A stretch of 64,000 nt of DNA from Octopus sinensis (lineage: Eukaryota), in contig NC_043021.1 of assembly GCF_006345805.1 (NCBI RefSeq), positions 3,224,001 to 3,288,000 of the forward strand, written 5' to 3'. A program made the position numbers and the translations under genes. Positions 10,818 to 22,949 of this stretch are shown piece after piece. A model generated the notes under the pieces. That model saw only the letters and a list, made by a program, of their open reading frames with translations. It made no database searches and was not told the origin of the DNA. Numbering within the stretch: the first letter of the stretch is position 1; the number at the start of each line of letters is the position of its first letter.

Positions 10818-11719
10818 TACGAGGTGTAGTCAAAAAGTATCCGACATTTGGCCCAAAACAAGTAATATTAAAAAACTCACCGTTCTGATTTAGTCTCCTT
10901 CAAAATATTCTCCTTGGGAACCTACACACTTCTGCCAACGTTCCGGTCACTGCTGGAAACATTTATGGAAATCACTGTTTGGGGGATGCTGTAGAGCTGT
11001 GCCGTCGAATTTTGCTTAAGTCCTCCCTTCACTGAAATCCCCCTTTGAATGTTTTTTTGAGCTTTGGGAACAACCAAAAGTCACACAGAGTCAAGTCTTG
11101 GGAGTAGGAAGCCTGATGAAACAAGTGGTGTGTTTTGCTTGACAAGGAAGGCTTGGACGACGTGGGTGGATTGAACTGAGCGAATCGAACTGGTTGAACT
11201 GACCCATAACTGATTCCAACTTCGGCAACAATCACCTCAATAGTCACACGACGGTCTTCATAGACTATTCCTTAAACCTTTGCAAACATTTCGTAGTTTC
11301 TGCTTGTCGATGGTCTGCCGCAACGTGACTCACTGTCCATTGAGGTGCGGCTATTTTGAACTGAGTGTACCACTCCTTTATTTGTGTTTTTTCTCGTAGC
11401 ATCATCTCCAAAGGCCTTCCGAATCTTCTCGATAGTCTGGGCTTGCGTATGACCAAGTTTTTGACAGAATTTGATACAGAATATTTGCTCAATGAACTCG
11501 GCCATCTTGACTAAAAAAGAAAAATCGCACAGTACACCCTTCACGTCTGTACTCAACCCGTCTCTGAGGGCGAATGGCGCAACCTACGAACACGAAATTT
11601 CTTGCGCATGCTCGGGAAAGACGCGGCCACCTATGACCCCCATGCGGGTTTTGCTCACGCCTTGTTATTTTGTGCCAAAAAAAAAATCAAGGTCGGACAC
11701 TTTTTGACTACACTTAGTA
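10818..11719 (-). mobile_element. Internally deleted mariner transposon with both TIRs
   Basis: TIRs TACGAGGTGTAGTCAAAAAGTATCCGAC and TACTAAGTGTAGTCAAAAAGTGTCCGAC. Remnants include IKFCQKLG...CGRPSTS (HTH) and YSQDLTLCDFWLFPKLK (YSPDLAPxD motif). Confidence 0.9.
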
Positions 11720-12810
11720 TGTGTGTGTCTGCCGAGTTTCGGTGGGAAAAACAGGGCTCGTGGGGTCGGCAATCCTGGTGTTCCCACTTCATGTGTCGTT
11801 TTTATATTGTGTTGTAAAAATTTGTGTATCATTCGAATTTCATCGATTTTGTCTTCGATTTCATGTAATATTTTTAAAGATCATTTATATGTAAATTTCA
11901 TCCGTGTCTCATGACCCCAAATCATGATGTGTTGTCCCCCTCTTCGTTAGCCCTTTGTGGGTAATAAAGAAATCACTTAGTATGTGTGTGTGTGTGTGTG
12001 TATTATACACACATATATACATATATATTATACACGTATATGTGTGTGTGTAACTGTGTGCGTATGTATGTGTGTATGTATATATATATATATACACGCG
12101 CGCGCGCACACTAGCAATGCACCTCAGCGTTGCCCGAGTGTTATGACCTACAGCCGCATTGTATTATTTGTTCCTTTCTTACAGGTAGAGTCGGCACACG
12201 CGGAGTTTGGAACAAACAACTCTTCTTTATAGACATGTTTTTCGATCATTTTCTGATGAACAACGAACGTTGCAGCTGCCGTCAACCGAAATCGGTCACA
12301 AGTCTGTGTTTGGCCCCGGGGATATAATAGAAGGCACTACTTGCCCGAGGTACCATGCAGGAGGACTGAACGTGGAACCATGTGGTTGGGAAGCAAACTT
12401 CTCAAACACACAATCATTCATGCACCTAATGTGTGTGTGTGAGTGTGTGTGTGTGTGTGTGTGAGTGTGTGTGTGTGTGTGAGTGTGTGTGTGTGTGTTG
12501 GTTTGCATTTGTTGTTAAATCGAGTATTGTGTCCCACTAAGTCTTTAAGTTAGCAGATCATCAAGCAGAGATCTATAAAATAAATTCTAGATTGAAATAC
12601 GTACTGTGGTCAGTATGATCAATTGAATTTTTTAAAGTGATAACCCATCATGGCGACAGTCGCAAGACTAAACCCAGTAAAATAAAGACTAAACCCAGTA
12701 AAATAACGTTTAAAGACTTAATAGCTTCAAATTTAAGGCAATGGATTACTAACCACAAGATAATGAGTTTAAAAATTCGTATTGAACTTCCACTCTATAA
12801 GATAACACTA

Positions 12811-13465
12811 TACCAGATCTGATCAATAAGTATCCGGACTGTTGCCATAGTAACGAAACTAAAGCACGCAGAGTGAAGCTACTTGGCACAGATCGACCTT
12901 GAACTCTGATGTGTATGTGCACTAAGTTTTAACATTCTAGATCACTTTCGCTGTTTACAGCAATGCTTGGAAGGAACGTGTGTAGTGTGTGATCGTCGCA
13001 TTGTTCATGACACAAAAAAACTGTCATGGCGATACCTGCTCAGAGGCCTACGCAAAGATGCAGAAAGTGTATGGAGAGGAGTGTATGAGCTGCAGACAGG
13101 AGTACGAGTAGTTCTGACATTTCCAAGACGGCCGTTAAAACGTCGATATTGACGAACGTTCTGGGAGACCCGCAACTAGCAAAACTGAGAAAAACATCGC
13201 AGATGTGCGTGCAGCTGTGAGGGGAAATCGTCAAGTCACCATCCGCGAGTTATCAGAGGATATGTAGATTAGTTACGGTTCAGTTTAGTCCATTATCATT
13301 GAAGATTTGTGTATGAGACACGTGTCTTCCAAGTTTGTGCCAAAACTACTTTCAGCTGACCAAAAAGACACTCGGGTGTTGAAAACTTTGCATAGGTCTC
13401 TGAGAAGGTATCGCCAAGCTTTTGGCAAAATTTTATGCTGATTCTCTGCTCAACTTACTTTGTCA
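12811..13465 (+). mobile_element. Mariner transposon 5' fragment
   Basis: TIR-like TACCAGATCTGATCAATAAGTATCCGGACT. Frameshifted DERSGRPATS...VRGNRQVTIREL...ISYGSV...SKFVPKLL. Confidence 0.8.
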
Positions 13466-13580
13466 TGGTCAATATAGAAAAAATGAGATCCTATAGAAAA
13501 AATTAAATATAAGATAAAAACATATACCAATGATTAAGTAATGTGCAAAGTAATACTTAAAACGTATATATTTAGTAAAA

Positions 13581-13663
13581 TGACTACACGTGTTTCGTGG
13601 TTATATTTAAGAAATGATAACAGTAAAATCAATTCAATATAAATATAGCCACACTTCAGGTCA
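13581..13663 (-). ncRNA. Decayed mirror copy of the hammerhead motif
   Basis: Core reads CTGAAGT (A9 changed) and stem II has one mismatch; otherwise as 13724-13806. Confidence 0.65.
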
Positions 13664-13723
13664 AAGATAAAAATACTAAAAATAATTATCTTTATTATTT
13701 TATTATTATATTATTTTAATCTT

Positions 13724-13806
13724 TGACCTGAAGAGTGGCTATAGTTATATTGAATTGATTTTACTGTTATCATTTCTTAAATATAGCCACGAAACACGTG
13801 TAGTCA
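13724..13806 (+). ncRNA. Minimal type-I hammerhead ribozyme motif, all core residues present
   Basis: TGAC-CTGAAGA-GTGGCTATA..38 nt..TATAGCCAC-GAAA-CACGTG-TA-GTCA. Stem I 4 bp, stem II 9 bp, palindromic stem III ACACGTGT, GUA site after 13802. Confidence 0.8.
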
Positions 13807-14164
13807 TTTTACCAAATATATACGTTTTATTTATTATTTCGTACATTACTTAATCATTGGTATGTGTTTTTATCTTATATTTAATTTTTTTCTATATGAT
13901 CTAATTTATTCTATATGACATACTTTAATTTTTTCATTGTTGAATTGATAAAAAGTGGGTTTTTTTCTAATTTATTTATATATATAATTTGAACAGTCAG
14001 ATAAGATATGAGAATTTCGGGTAAATATTGGGGTTAGTGTCAATTTGCGGTCTTTATTATTAACACTTTGATATTACCAATCTTATCAGCGATAAGTGTT
14101 TAACTATTGTTTAGATAAATTGAGCGGAAAAGTAACAGGTAGAAAACTGTGTCATATATCTTTA

Positions 14165-14604
14165 CCTTTTGACCGACCGATTAAAAAAATAATCTTTTGT
14201 AACTAAACACTTTCAAACTTTGGACACTGGTAGAATGTGTCATATAGCATTTTTGAGGGGAAAAAAAACTTATATTTACGAAGTTATTTCACGTTAAAGT
14301 TGTTGTATTTCGGTAATTTCAACCAATCAATGACGTGCATTCAGCTGAATAAAATTACTGGCGTTGTTTGTCAGCAACAACTATCGGCGGTGTATTTTTC
14401 GTTTGTCACTGTTATTTATTTATGACATCGTTGAAATTGCCGAAATGCAAGAAATTAAACAACAAATAACTTACAAACTACAGAATTTTCTCAAGAAAGC
14501 CAAGAGAAAAAGACGTTTTATAAACACATTCTACCAGTATACGAAGTTTAAAAGTGTATAGTTACAAAGAAATTATTTTAAAAATCTGCCGGTCAAAGCG
14601 AAAA
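14165..14604. mobile_element. MITE with ~80-bp imperfect TIRs
   Basis: CTTTTGACCGACCGATT...ACTGGTAGAATGTGT versus ACACATTCTACCAGT...AATCTGCCGGTCAAAG. Confidence 0.7.
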
Positions 14605-15453
14605 GATCCCATATATGTGTGCGAGTGTGTTGTTTGTCGTTGTTGTTGTACAGGTGGTGGTGGTGGTGGTGTGGTGTGGTGATAGATCAGCGAATGGTTA
14701 AGCTATCGTCATCTTATCAACTCAGGCGACATTGTTTTCTACCTGTTACTTTTCCTCCCTGTTTATCTCAATAGTTAAACACTTATCTCTAATAAGACTG
14801 GTGAAATCTAAGTGTTAGTCAGAACGACCGAAAATTGATACCAAACCCCATTCATACACGAAATTCTCATATCTCATTATCTAACTGTTCAAATTCCACA
14901 AGTCTAACGTTCATATAAAAATAGACGTAAATTATTAGCTGATGACGGGATACGAAACCATTTTTTTCTTTTTTCTTTTTATAATAAAATTGTTTTTAAA
15001 AACAATTTTATCTATCTTTCGCCCAGTTTCTTGTCGACCCAATTGATTGATTGCTTGTCTTATCTGTAGGGTCAAACGTCCTCATCTCTTCACCTATATT
15101 TCACCCATACAAAAATATCTTGTTCGTCAATTATTTAATCTATCGCCTTTTCATGTTCTGTGCTTATAGACGTACGATCACGTAACTCCATGCCTTCCTG
15201 TCCCTTATACGACTTAGTACCTTACGGTGTCGGTCTGAAACCAACTACTAAGCTCACAGAGTCTCTTCTCCCTCTCTTTCTCTGCCTCCCATGGCTCATT
15301 CTTTATTTCAGTTTCCAGATATCATCACTGTCTGTTCGTAGCTTTGTCTTCTTATCTCATCCAATGAATAGAACTCTGTTGTCTTATGTTGTTAAGCGGT
15401 TTCCTAGCGATTTCTCCTCGTTTTTGGACACCAGTATTTATTACTCTCAGTAT

Positions 15454-15497
<44 letters not shown>

Positions 15498-15538
15498 TTA
15501 TCTATCTATCTCTATGGCAGCGGTCCCCAACCTTTACT

Positions 15539-15720
15539 AGGGTCAAGTGGTGAAGACATTATTTCGGCCTAGCTAAAGGCATCTGGAAAATGTAAAACTG
15601 CTGTCAGAGAAAAAAAAACCATTTTCCACCGTGGGAAAAGTTCTGTTGCGGTGTTAATTTAAATTTGGCTATGGTGGATCGAATCCACTTCATGCTTGCA
15701 AGATCCACTACAGATGTAAT
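15539..15720 (+). repeat. Solo copy of the arm of the 248-829 element
   Basis: Nearly the reverse complement of 658-829. Confidence 0.8.
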
Positions 15721-16011
15721 CCATTTCCTCATCACTCATCGCCGAGCCAATCGTTTCGTTTTTGCTTCTTTCCAAATGTGTGCATATGTTTGTCTTGATG
15801 GATTCTATTGGAAAATTTTGAAGCTCAAATATTGCAAATTTTATATCAAGCATTGTTATTCTCAACAATTCTTAGGCATTCATTTAAACAATTTCCCCCT
15901 CTGTTTTCACCTCAAGGGTTTACATAATAGGATGAGGTTTTCTCCACACACATTTTCACACAAACTTTACCAACTCAACATATATTCCATTTGTTTAGTG
16001 TTAATATAACT

Positions 16012-17665
16012 GCTGATAACCGGATCTGTCCCACGCGTGACAACAGCTGTTCGATGAAGCTCCACAGGTCAGTAATGCGTGGACACTGGACGAGTGCATG
16101 CAGGACGGTTTCATCGCCCTGCGCACACCTCGGACAGGTCAGTCTGACAGCACTTCCATGTCTGCAGAGCTTGTCTCGAACCGACAGAGCTCCCCGGTAG
16201 CACTGCCAGTCTAGGGGTTTCTGAAAATTATCCATAGGCCCTGACCCGAAAGTCCAACGGAAAAGACCACTTAGCTGATCCCTCTCGACGCCCAGAGTTT
16301 CCCCAGGTACGTCGTCGCTCTTTCCACTAATCCTCTATAGAACAGCAGAGTGGAACTTCCACCGACCACGTTGTCCGACTGATAGAAGGCCGTGAGCGCT
16401 TGCCGACACTCCAGGTGCCAGGCGCCAGATACCCTTTCTTGGTCTGCGCTTGACCCAGGACTGTAGTTCCATCAATGGGACGAGCTGTGGATAGTCCCGT
16501 TTGTCGAACGGCGACCATACCTGCTCACCGTTAAGGAAACGCTAGAGATGTCGCAGCCTCAGTGCATGTCTGCGCGTCATTAACCACGGCATGCCCAGTC
16601 CTCCACTTAGCGGTTGTTGAGAGTAGATGGATCGTCCGACGAGCGGGACACGTCCTTTCAATAGAAAGTGGAAGAGCAAACGCACCAACTTTATCAGGCA
16701 CGAAGTGGAGCAAGGGATAGCGGTCAGGTGGTAGTAGAGGACGGAAGCGATGTATGCATTCGCCACTTGCGGCCGACCCTGCAGGAATACTTCCTCTCTG
16801 CCCATTTCTGGGTGAGATTGGCTGCCCTGCTCGTTACCTCCCCACTGTTTTTGTCCACCTGGAGGTCTGGACCAAACCAGACCCCGAGCGACTTAACCGG
16901 TCCTTCTGTCCAGCGCCTTATAACGCTGTCGGTTGGCATGGACCTACTTCACCAGGTACCGAGCGGCAGGCCCACCGACTTCTCCTGGTTGATCTTTGCT
17001 CTTGTCACCGCTTCGTACTCCCTTAGAGCTGTGCCGATCACCTTGATTTCCGAGATGCTCAACACTATTACGGTGCCGTCGTCCGTGTAAGCCAACACGA
17101 ACCTTCCGCATCCTAGGTGACGCAGAATACCCCTCGAAACATCCAGCTTCCGCAGCAATGGCTCGAGAGGCAGTACGTGCAGAAGAGGTGCGAGTGGGCA
17201 GCCTTGACGGATCGAGCGAGCGATGCTAAACGATTCCGAAAGGTGGCCATTTACTTTCACCACCAAGCAGACGTTACTGGACATCGCAGCGATCCAGCCC
17301 CTGAAAACTGAATCGAAACCCGCTGCCGCAAGAACAGCCTCCAATTATTGGTGGTCGACCCTATCAAAAGCTTTCGGCTGATCCAAATTTATCAGGGCTC
17401 CACCCATGCCAGGTTTCTTGCCCACTCTCTCTATGATATAGCGCGTGAGGTGAAGGCTGTGGTGGAGAGTTCTGTTTGGGGTAGCGCATGTCTGCGCGTC
17501 ACCAACTAACTTATCGACGACAACCGCTAACCTCTTCGCTAAGACACAGGCCAAAATTTAATAATCTGTATTCAGCAGAGTTATAGGTTTAAAATGATCA
17601 ATTTTGCCCCCTTGTTCGGGTCCTCCCTTAATAGCACCACCTTGGTTTGATAGAGGTGTGGTCGC
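16012..17665 (-). pseudogene. Tx1/L1-clade non-LTR retrotransposon ORF2 (RT + zf-RVT), degenerate
   Basis: FKPITLLNTDY, LDQPKAFDRVDH, IRQGCPLAP, AYTDD, KINQEKS and CPRCAQGDETVLHALVQC, with several frameshifts and stops. Confidence 0.92.
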
Positions 17666-18407
17666 TATTTCTTAAATGTATATAAAAAAAAAGTCTTCGC
17701 TGTGAGACAACGAATAATGTGTATACATCGTCTGGTTTGTTTTCGTTTGATAGTTTCTGAATGCAGGCGGTTTATATATACTGTTAATTCACATAGATAC
17801 GTACATGCATACGTGCAGACAGATATTAACATAGATTAGAATTTGTTGTAGAAACTGAAATAGTATAATGAATAAGGGAGGAAGAAAAGATAGATGTAAA
17901 AGTGTAGAAAGGATAAAGAGAGGGATAGCGCGGTTTAACAATGGCGAATCAAATGTAGCTATCATCACGGACGCATAATTTTGAGAGGTCCTTGAGTCAA
18001 GTATTTGGAAAACGGTTGAAGCATTGTCTTCGTTTTTGCACGAGCACTACAAAACACTCAGATAAACATAGTATTTTGTCTATGAGGACACTGTTATAAA
18101 CAATTATATCGCAGTTTAAACTATTTTAACACTTAAGTTGTTTATCTTGCTTTTAGCTTGTTTATCACAACAGATGTTGGAAGTTATCAATGAGGTTTTT
18201 TGTCTCTTAAACGCGAAATCTCTCCAAATTTTGATGATCTTTAACCAATTAGTTTTCTTTTTTTAAATTTTTATCACATAAAGAATGTATTTAAACCGAT
18301 TTCTTTCACTCCAACTGTTTTTAAAATAAATAAACCAAGTAGCATAGCGTGTGGCGTTAGGACCGCAGACGACCGTTACCTTATAAATATACATACATAT
18401 ATATATA

Positions 18408-18562
18408 CTTTATTTAAAGCAGCAGAAATTCAACAAAATCTGTTACTCTGAGTTTCTCGTTGCCGTTCATCAGACAGTTTTTCTAGCAAAAACTGTCTGA
18501 TGAACGGCAACGGAAAACTCAGAGTAACAGATTTTGTTGAATTTCTGCTGCTTTAAATAAAG
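18408..18562. repeat. ~155-bp palindrome with two outward-facing hammerhead-like motifs
   Basis: Arms pair around TTTTTCTAGCAAAAA at ~18485. Confidence 0.9.
18440..18477 (-). ncRNA. Minimal hammerhead-like motif
   Basis: Minus strand: CTGT-CTGATGA-A-CG[GCAA]CG-A-GAAA-CTCAGAG-TA-ACAG. The mirror copy at 18493-18530 (+) differs at the GAAA junction. Confidence 0.6.
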
Positions 18563-18658
18563 CATATTACTCTACCACTGGTATTTGAGTACTCTTTTTT
18601 TCCACCTTGTTTCACATTTATGTGTTTACTCCGGTACATATATATATACATATATATA

Positions 18659-18710
<52 letters not shown>

Positions 18711-18785
18711 TATATATTAATATAAAAGGGCTTAGTAAAATAAATTACTTTGCCACATACTGAACTCATTAGAAATAGCAGCCAA

Positions 18786-18889
18786 AAAAGTTTTTTAGCT
18801 ATTTCTAATACTTAAAGAAAATTTCTCTCAGATAGTGCACTATCTGAGAGAAATTTTCTTTAAGTATTAGAAATAGCTAAAAAACTTTT
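18786..18889. repeat. Perfect 104-bp palindrome
   Basis: Centre GATAGTGCACTATC at 18837/18838, no loop. Confidence 0.95.
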
Positions 18890-19007
18890 AAATATTAAAA
18901 TAAAATATTAAAATATTATAATAATCCAGGTTTCTCGGAGCACTAGGCCACTTGGTGTTGAATGGATATACTATTAAATTAGTATCTAATTCTCTTACCC
19001 TTATTAA

Positions 19008-19036
<29 letters not shown>

Positions 19037-19038
<2 letters not shown>

Positions 19039-19262
19039 CAGGGTTGGCCAAAAGTCAGCGACAGTAAATCAAAACTATTTAATTCCAAGATTTACCAACT
19101 GAATGAATTTAAGAAAAGCATCTAAAAATGAAACATCATGAAAATTGTTTAAATCGAAGTTCTTCTTGAGCGACGCATTTTTCCATTCGAGTCAATACAG
19201 AATTACAGAGTATTAATGGAATTTTGATTTACTGTCTGGTGGCTTTTGGCCTACCTTGTGTA
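19037..19262. mobile_element. Tc1/mariner-type MITE
   Basis: TACAGGGTTGGCCAAAAGTCAGCGACAGTAAATCAAAA matches the inverted TTTTGATTTACTGTCTGGTGGCTTTTGGCCTACCTTGTGTA. Inserted in (TA)n. Confidence 0.75.
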
Positions 19263-19437
19263 TGTATGTATGTGTGTGTGTGTGTGTATGTATGTATATA
19301 TGTATATATATATATATATATATAATATATATATATATATAATATATATATATATAATAATAAATATTAGGGAATAAATCCAAATTTACAGGGAAAAAAT
19401 CAGATTTAGGATTAAATCCAATTTTATAGTAAAATAT

Positions 19438-19658
19438 TATATAATATTAATTAAAGACAAAACCACTATTTTGCAAAACAAACAAGGAAAGACTTAATCA
19501 ATACATAAAATTTTAATAAAAAGTAAAAAAACCGCCACTACAATTGTTACAATTGTAGTGGTGGTTTTTTTACTTTTTATTAAAATTTTATGTATTGATT
19601 AAGTCTTTCCTTGTTTGTTTTGCAAAATAGTGGTTTTGTCTCTAATTAATATTATATA
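19438..19658. repeat. ~220-bp near-perfect palindrome
   Basis: Centre CCACT-ACAATTGT-T-ACAATTGT-AGTGG at 19548; two mismatches seen. Confidence 0.93.
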
Positions 19659-19794
19659 TTATATATATATATATATATATACACACACATATAAGAAATA
19701 AAAAAGGGAAAATACGCACACTTACATAGTTTTAAATATAATTTTTAATATATCGACTCGTTTCGCTATCGCTATTCATGATATTATGTTTTAC

Positions 19795-21520
19795 TTATTT
19801 GAACATATATTTTTTTCTTAAGAAGAAATTTTGTCCATGTTGTGTGGGATGAAATTCATGATTAGGATCATTATCGGCGAAAACCTGCTGATCTTCTATA
19901 AGTGCCAACACTTTAGCAATAATATTTGTAATCAATTTAAGTGTTGCAGAAGGAGCTTCCACTATCCTATCTGTATTTTCAGCTTGTTCTTTTTCTAGCG
20001 GCATCAGCTCCTCATTAGATAAACTTTCTTTCTCGGACACAAGCAACTCAGTCACATCATCCTCTATGACTTCTTCAAATCCTACATCCTTTGCATGTGT
20101 CACTGTATCTTTCCGAATTTGATGTAGACTTCCTGCTTGAGGAAAACTTGTAATGTCACGGATACAGTCTGGCCATATATTTTCCCAAGCACTTTTCAAA
20201 GTTAAAGGCTTCACTTTATCTCGTGACTCAACTGTATTACCCACAATAACCATTATGTCGAATTTCTTTTAGAAATCTCTAACTATACGTTTATGCTGCC
20301 TGTCAATTGCTTTCATAGATTGATTGAAAGCTTTCTTCATATATTGTACCTTGAAGTTAGCTATCACACTGTGATCTATTGGTTGGAACAAGGAGGTTGT
20401 ATTCTTGGGGATATATTCTACTCTCACATCATCAGAAATTTCATCTAATTTCACTGGGTGGCTCAGTGCATTGTCTAAATGAAGCAATTCTTTGTTGGAA
20501 ATATATCTGGCTCTGTACCCTTCAAATGCAGGACAAAAAACATTTGTAAGCCACGCTTAGAAAAATAAACTTATACCTTCTTATTTGAACACCAAACCAG
20601 AAATAGATTCATTTTGAGTAACCTTTGAAAGCCTTAGATTTTCAGAATCATATACGAATAGGGGCTTTAATTTCATATCACCAGCGGCATTTCCTCCCAA
20701 AAGAAGAGTCAGACGATTTTCGAAAGCTTTAAATCCTGGTATTGATTCCCCTTCTCAAGAAATTAAAGTTCTGGCAGGCATACACATTTCCAGAACAGTA
20801 CAGTTTCATCAACGTTGTACATTTGCTTTGGAGGCGCAATGGCCCAGTGGTTAGGGCAGCGGACTCGCGGTTTCGATTCCCAGACCGGGCATTGTGAGTG
20901 TTTATTGAGCGAAAACACCTAAAAGCTCCACGAGGCTCCAGCAGGGGGTGGTGGTGATCCCTGCTGTACTCTTTCACCACAACTTTCTCTCACTCTTACT
21001 TACTGTTTCTGTTGTACCTGTATTTCAAAGGGCCGGCCTTGTCACTCTCTGTGTCACGCTGAATATCCCCGAGAACTTACGTTAAGGTTGCACGTGTCTG
21101 TGGAGTGCTCAGCCACTTACACGTTAATTTCACGAGCAGGCTGTTCCGTTGATTCGGATCAACCGGAACCCACGTCGTCGTAACCGACGGAGTGCTTCCC
21201 AACATTTGCTTGATGTGTACCCCCTTTCAGCAACCGTTTTCTTCAGTTGCTCAGGATAATTAGTAGCAGCCTCCGTATTAGCTCTTGCAGTTTCACCAGT
21301 CATTTTTATGCTGTGCTAATTCATGCGCTTTGTAAACCTTTCAAACCAACTTTTACTAGCCAAAAGGGGTTTTTCACTATAAGTTTCACCTTCCTTTTTC
21401 TGTAAATCGTATAAACTTTTGGCTTTTTTCGTTCTTTGTCTTTTCTTTTTTATTACCATCGTGTTTATCGGCACATTACACTGATTCTGATCCTCGAGTT
21501 TTACACCCAAGAATCGTTAC
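19795..21520 (-). pseudogene. pogo/Tigger-type transposase remnant interrupted by a SINE
   Basis: ASKSWFERF (CENP-B HTH), YNVDETVLFW, RLTLLLGGNAAGD, LHLDNALSHP and PKNTTSLFQPIDHSVI (DDE_1). Confidence 0.88.
20829..21201 (+). mobile_element. tRNA-derived SINE, family B, with 10-bp TSD
   Basis: TSD ACATTTGCTT at 20819-20828 and 21202-21211. A box TGGCCCAGTGG and B box GGTTTCGATTCC. Confidence 0.92.
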
Positions 21521-21523
21521 CTA

Positions 21524-21913
21524 TTTCTTTATTACCCACAAGGGGCTAAACACAGAGGGGACAAACAAGGACAGACATAGGTATTATGTCGATTACATCG
21601 ACCCCAGTGCGTAACTGGTACTTATTTAATCGATCCCGAAAGGATGAAAGGCAAAGTCGACCTCGGCGGAATTTGAACTCAGAACGTAAAGACAGATGAA
21701 ATACCTATTTCTTTACTACCCACAAGGGGCTAAACACAGAGGGGACAAACAAGGACAGACAAACGGATTAAGTCAATTACATTGACCCCAGTGCGTAACT
21801 GGTACTTAATTTATCGACCCCGAAAGGATGAAAGGCAAAGTCGACCTCGGCAGAAGAAGTACCGCAAAGCATTTCGTCCGGTGTGCTAACGCTTCTGCTA
21901 GCTCGCCGCCTTG
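21524..21913 (-). mobile_element. SINE family C with tandem duplication of its 3' ~185 bp
   Basis: TATTTCTTTA(T/C)TACCCACAAGGGGCTAAAC... occurs at 21524 and ~21707. Head AGGCGGCGAGCTAGCAGAA on the minus strand at ~21913. Other fragments lie at 6330-6497, 9065-9230, 24911-25073, 29136-29355 and 50920-51000. Confidence 0.85.
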
Positions 21914-22211
21914 AATCGTTACCACACAGCCACTCCTGCACCTATTACTATTAAACTGTTAGCGATTTAAAAACTACACGATCCGAGTTTCCGTAAGAGT
22001 GAAATTACAGACAGAATCCTGAAATTAATGGTTATACTTTACAATTTCTGTAAGCGAAACCACATAACCTGAAACAACTGTAACGTGGTTGACACTTATA
22101 TATAGATTTGACTCAGATTAACAATGTGTGGGCGAACGATTGTAGTGGCCTGGTCAAATTTCCTACTACTGTTGTTAATACAGCCAACCAGTGGCATAAA
22201 AAGGCACCATC

Positions 22212-22607
22212 TCTTTACTCTTTTACTTGTTTCAGTCATTTGACTGCGGCCATGCTGGAGCACCGCCTTTAATCGAGCAACTCGACCCCGGGACTTATTC
22301 TTTTGTAAGCCCAGTACTTATTCTATCGGTCTGTTTTGCCGAACCACTAAGTAACGGGGACATAAACACACCAGCATCGGTTGTCAAGCAATGCTAGGGG
22401 GACAAACACAGACACACAAACGCATATATATATATACATATATACGACGGGCTTCTTTCAGTCTCTGTCTACCAAATCCACTCACAAGGCTTTGGTCGGC
22501 CCGAGGCTATAGCAGAAGACACTTGCCCAAGATGCCACGCAGTGGGACTGAACCCGGAATCATGTGGTTGGTAAACAAGCTACTTACCACACAGCCACTC
22601 CTGCACC
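22212..22607 (-). mobile_element. tRNA-derived SINE, family A, full length
   Basis: Head GTGCAGGAGTGGCTGTGTGGTAAG...GGTTCAGTCCC and tail (AAAGAGT)n. Confidence 0.92.
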
Positions 22608-22949
22608 TATCTGTGTCTGGAAAATAACATGAGGCTGTTGCATGTATGTTAACTCTCTCAGACCTGGGCCCTTCTGTGTACCTTTACCATTTACCTGGGT
22701 TCCTGAGCAAAAACATAAATAGTTGCATATAAAACTCAAGAATAATGATTGCAAGCAATTTAAAGGGCAGAATCACGCAAAAATTCGGGAAAATAACAAT
22801 AATGGGCCTTTTTCTCAAGAACTGCATTTGTTAGGCAAACTAATGGACAGAATCACAGAAAACTTTTGGAGAATAACAATAATAGATCTATCTCTCAACT
22901 ACCGTATTCATTCACCTGAATCATTACTTTCCTCGCCAGTTTAAACCAG

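Larger units (their letters stand above)
13491..13895. repeat. ~400-bp AT-rich inverted repeat with ~185-bp arms, Penelope-like terminal remnant
   Basis: 13491-13675 is the reverse complement of ~13715-13895 with scattered mismatches. Each arm carries a hammerhead motif. Confidence 0.9.

Noticed and set aside
12664-12705. 21-bp direct repeat AAGACTAAACCCAGTAAAATA x2 (similar 19-bp doublet at ~9757-9795)
   Set aside because: Two units with no spacers: a simple slippage duplication, not CRISPR-like.
14938-14962. CTGATGA...GAAAC
   Set aside because: No stem II closure, stem III or cleavage triplet.
6498-16050. The Tx1 3' fragment (+, 6498) starts where the Tx1 copy at 16012 (-) ends, suggesting a 9.5-kb inversion splitting one element
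   Set aside because: The two pieces overlap by ~40 bp with many mismatches, and the SINE broken at 6497 does not continue at 16011. Two independent copies are more likely.
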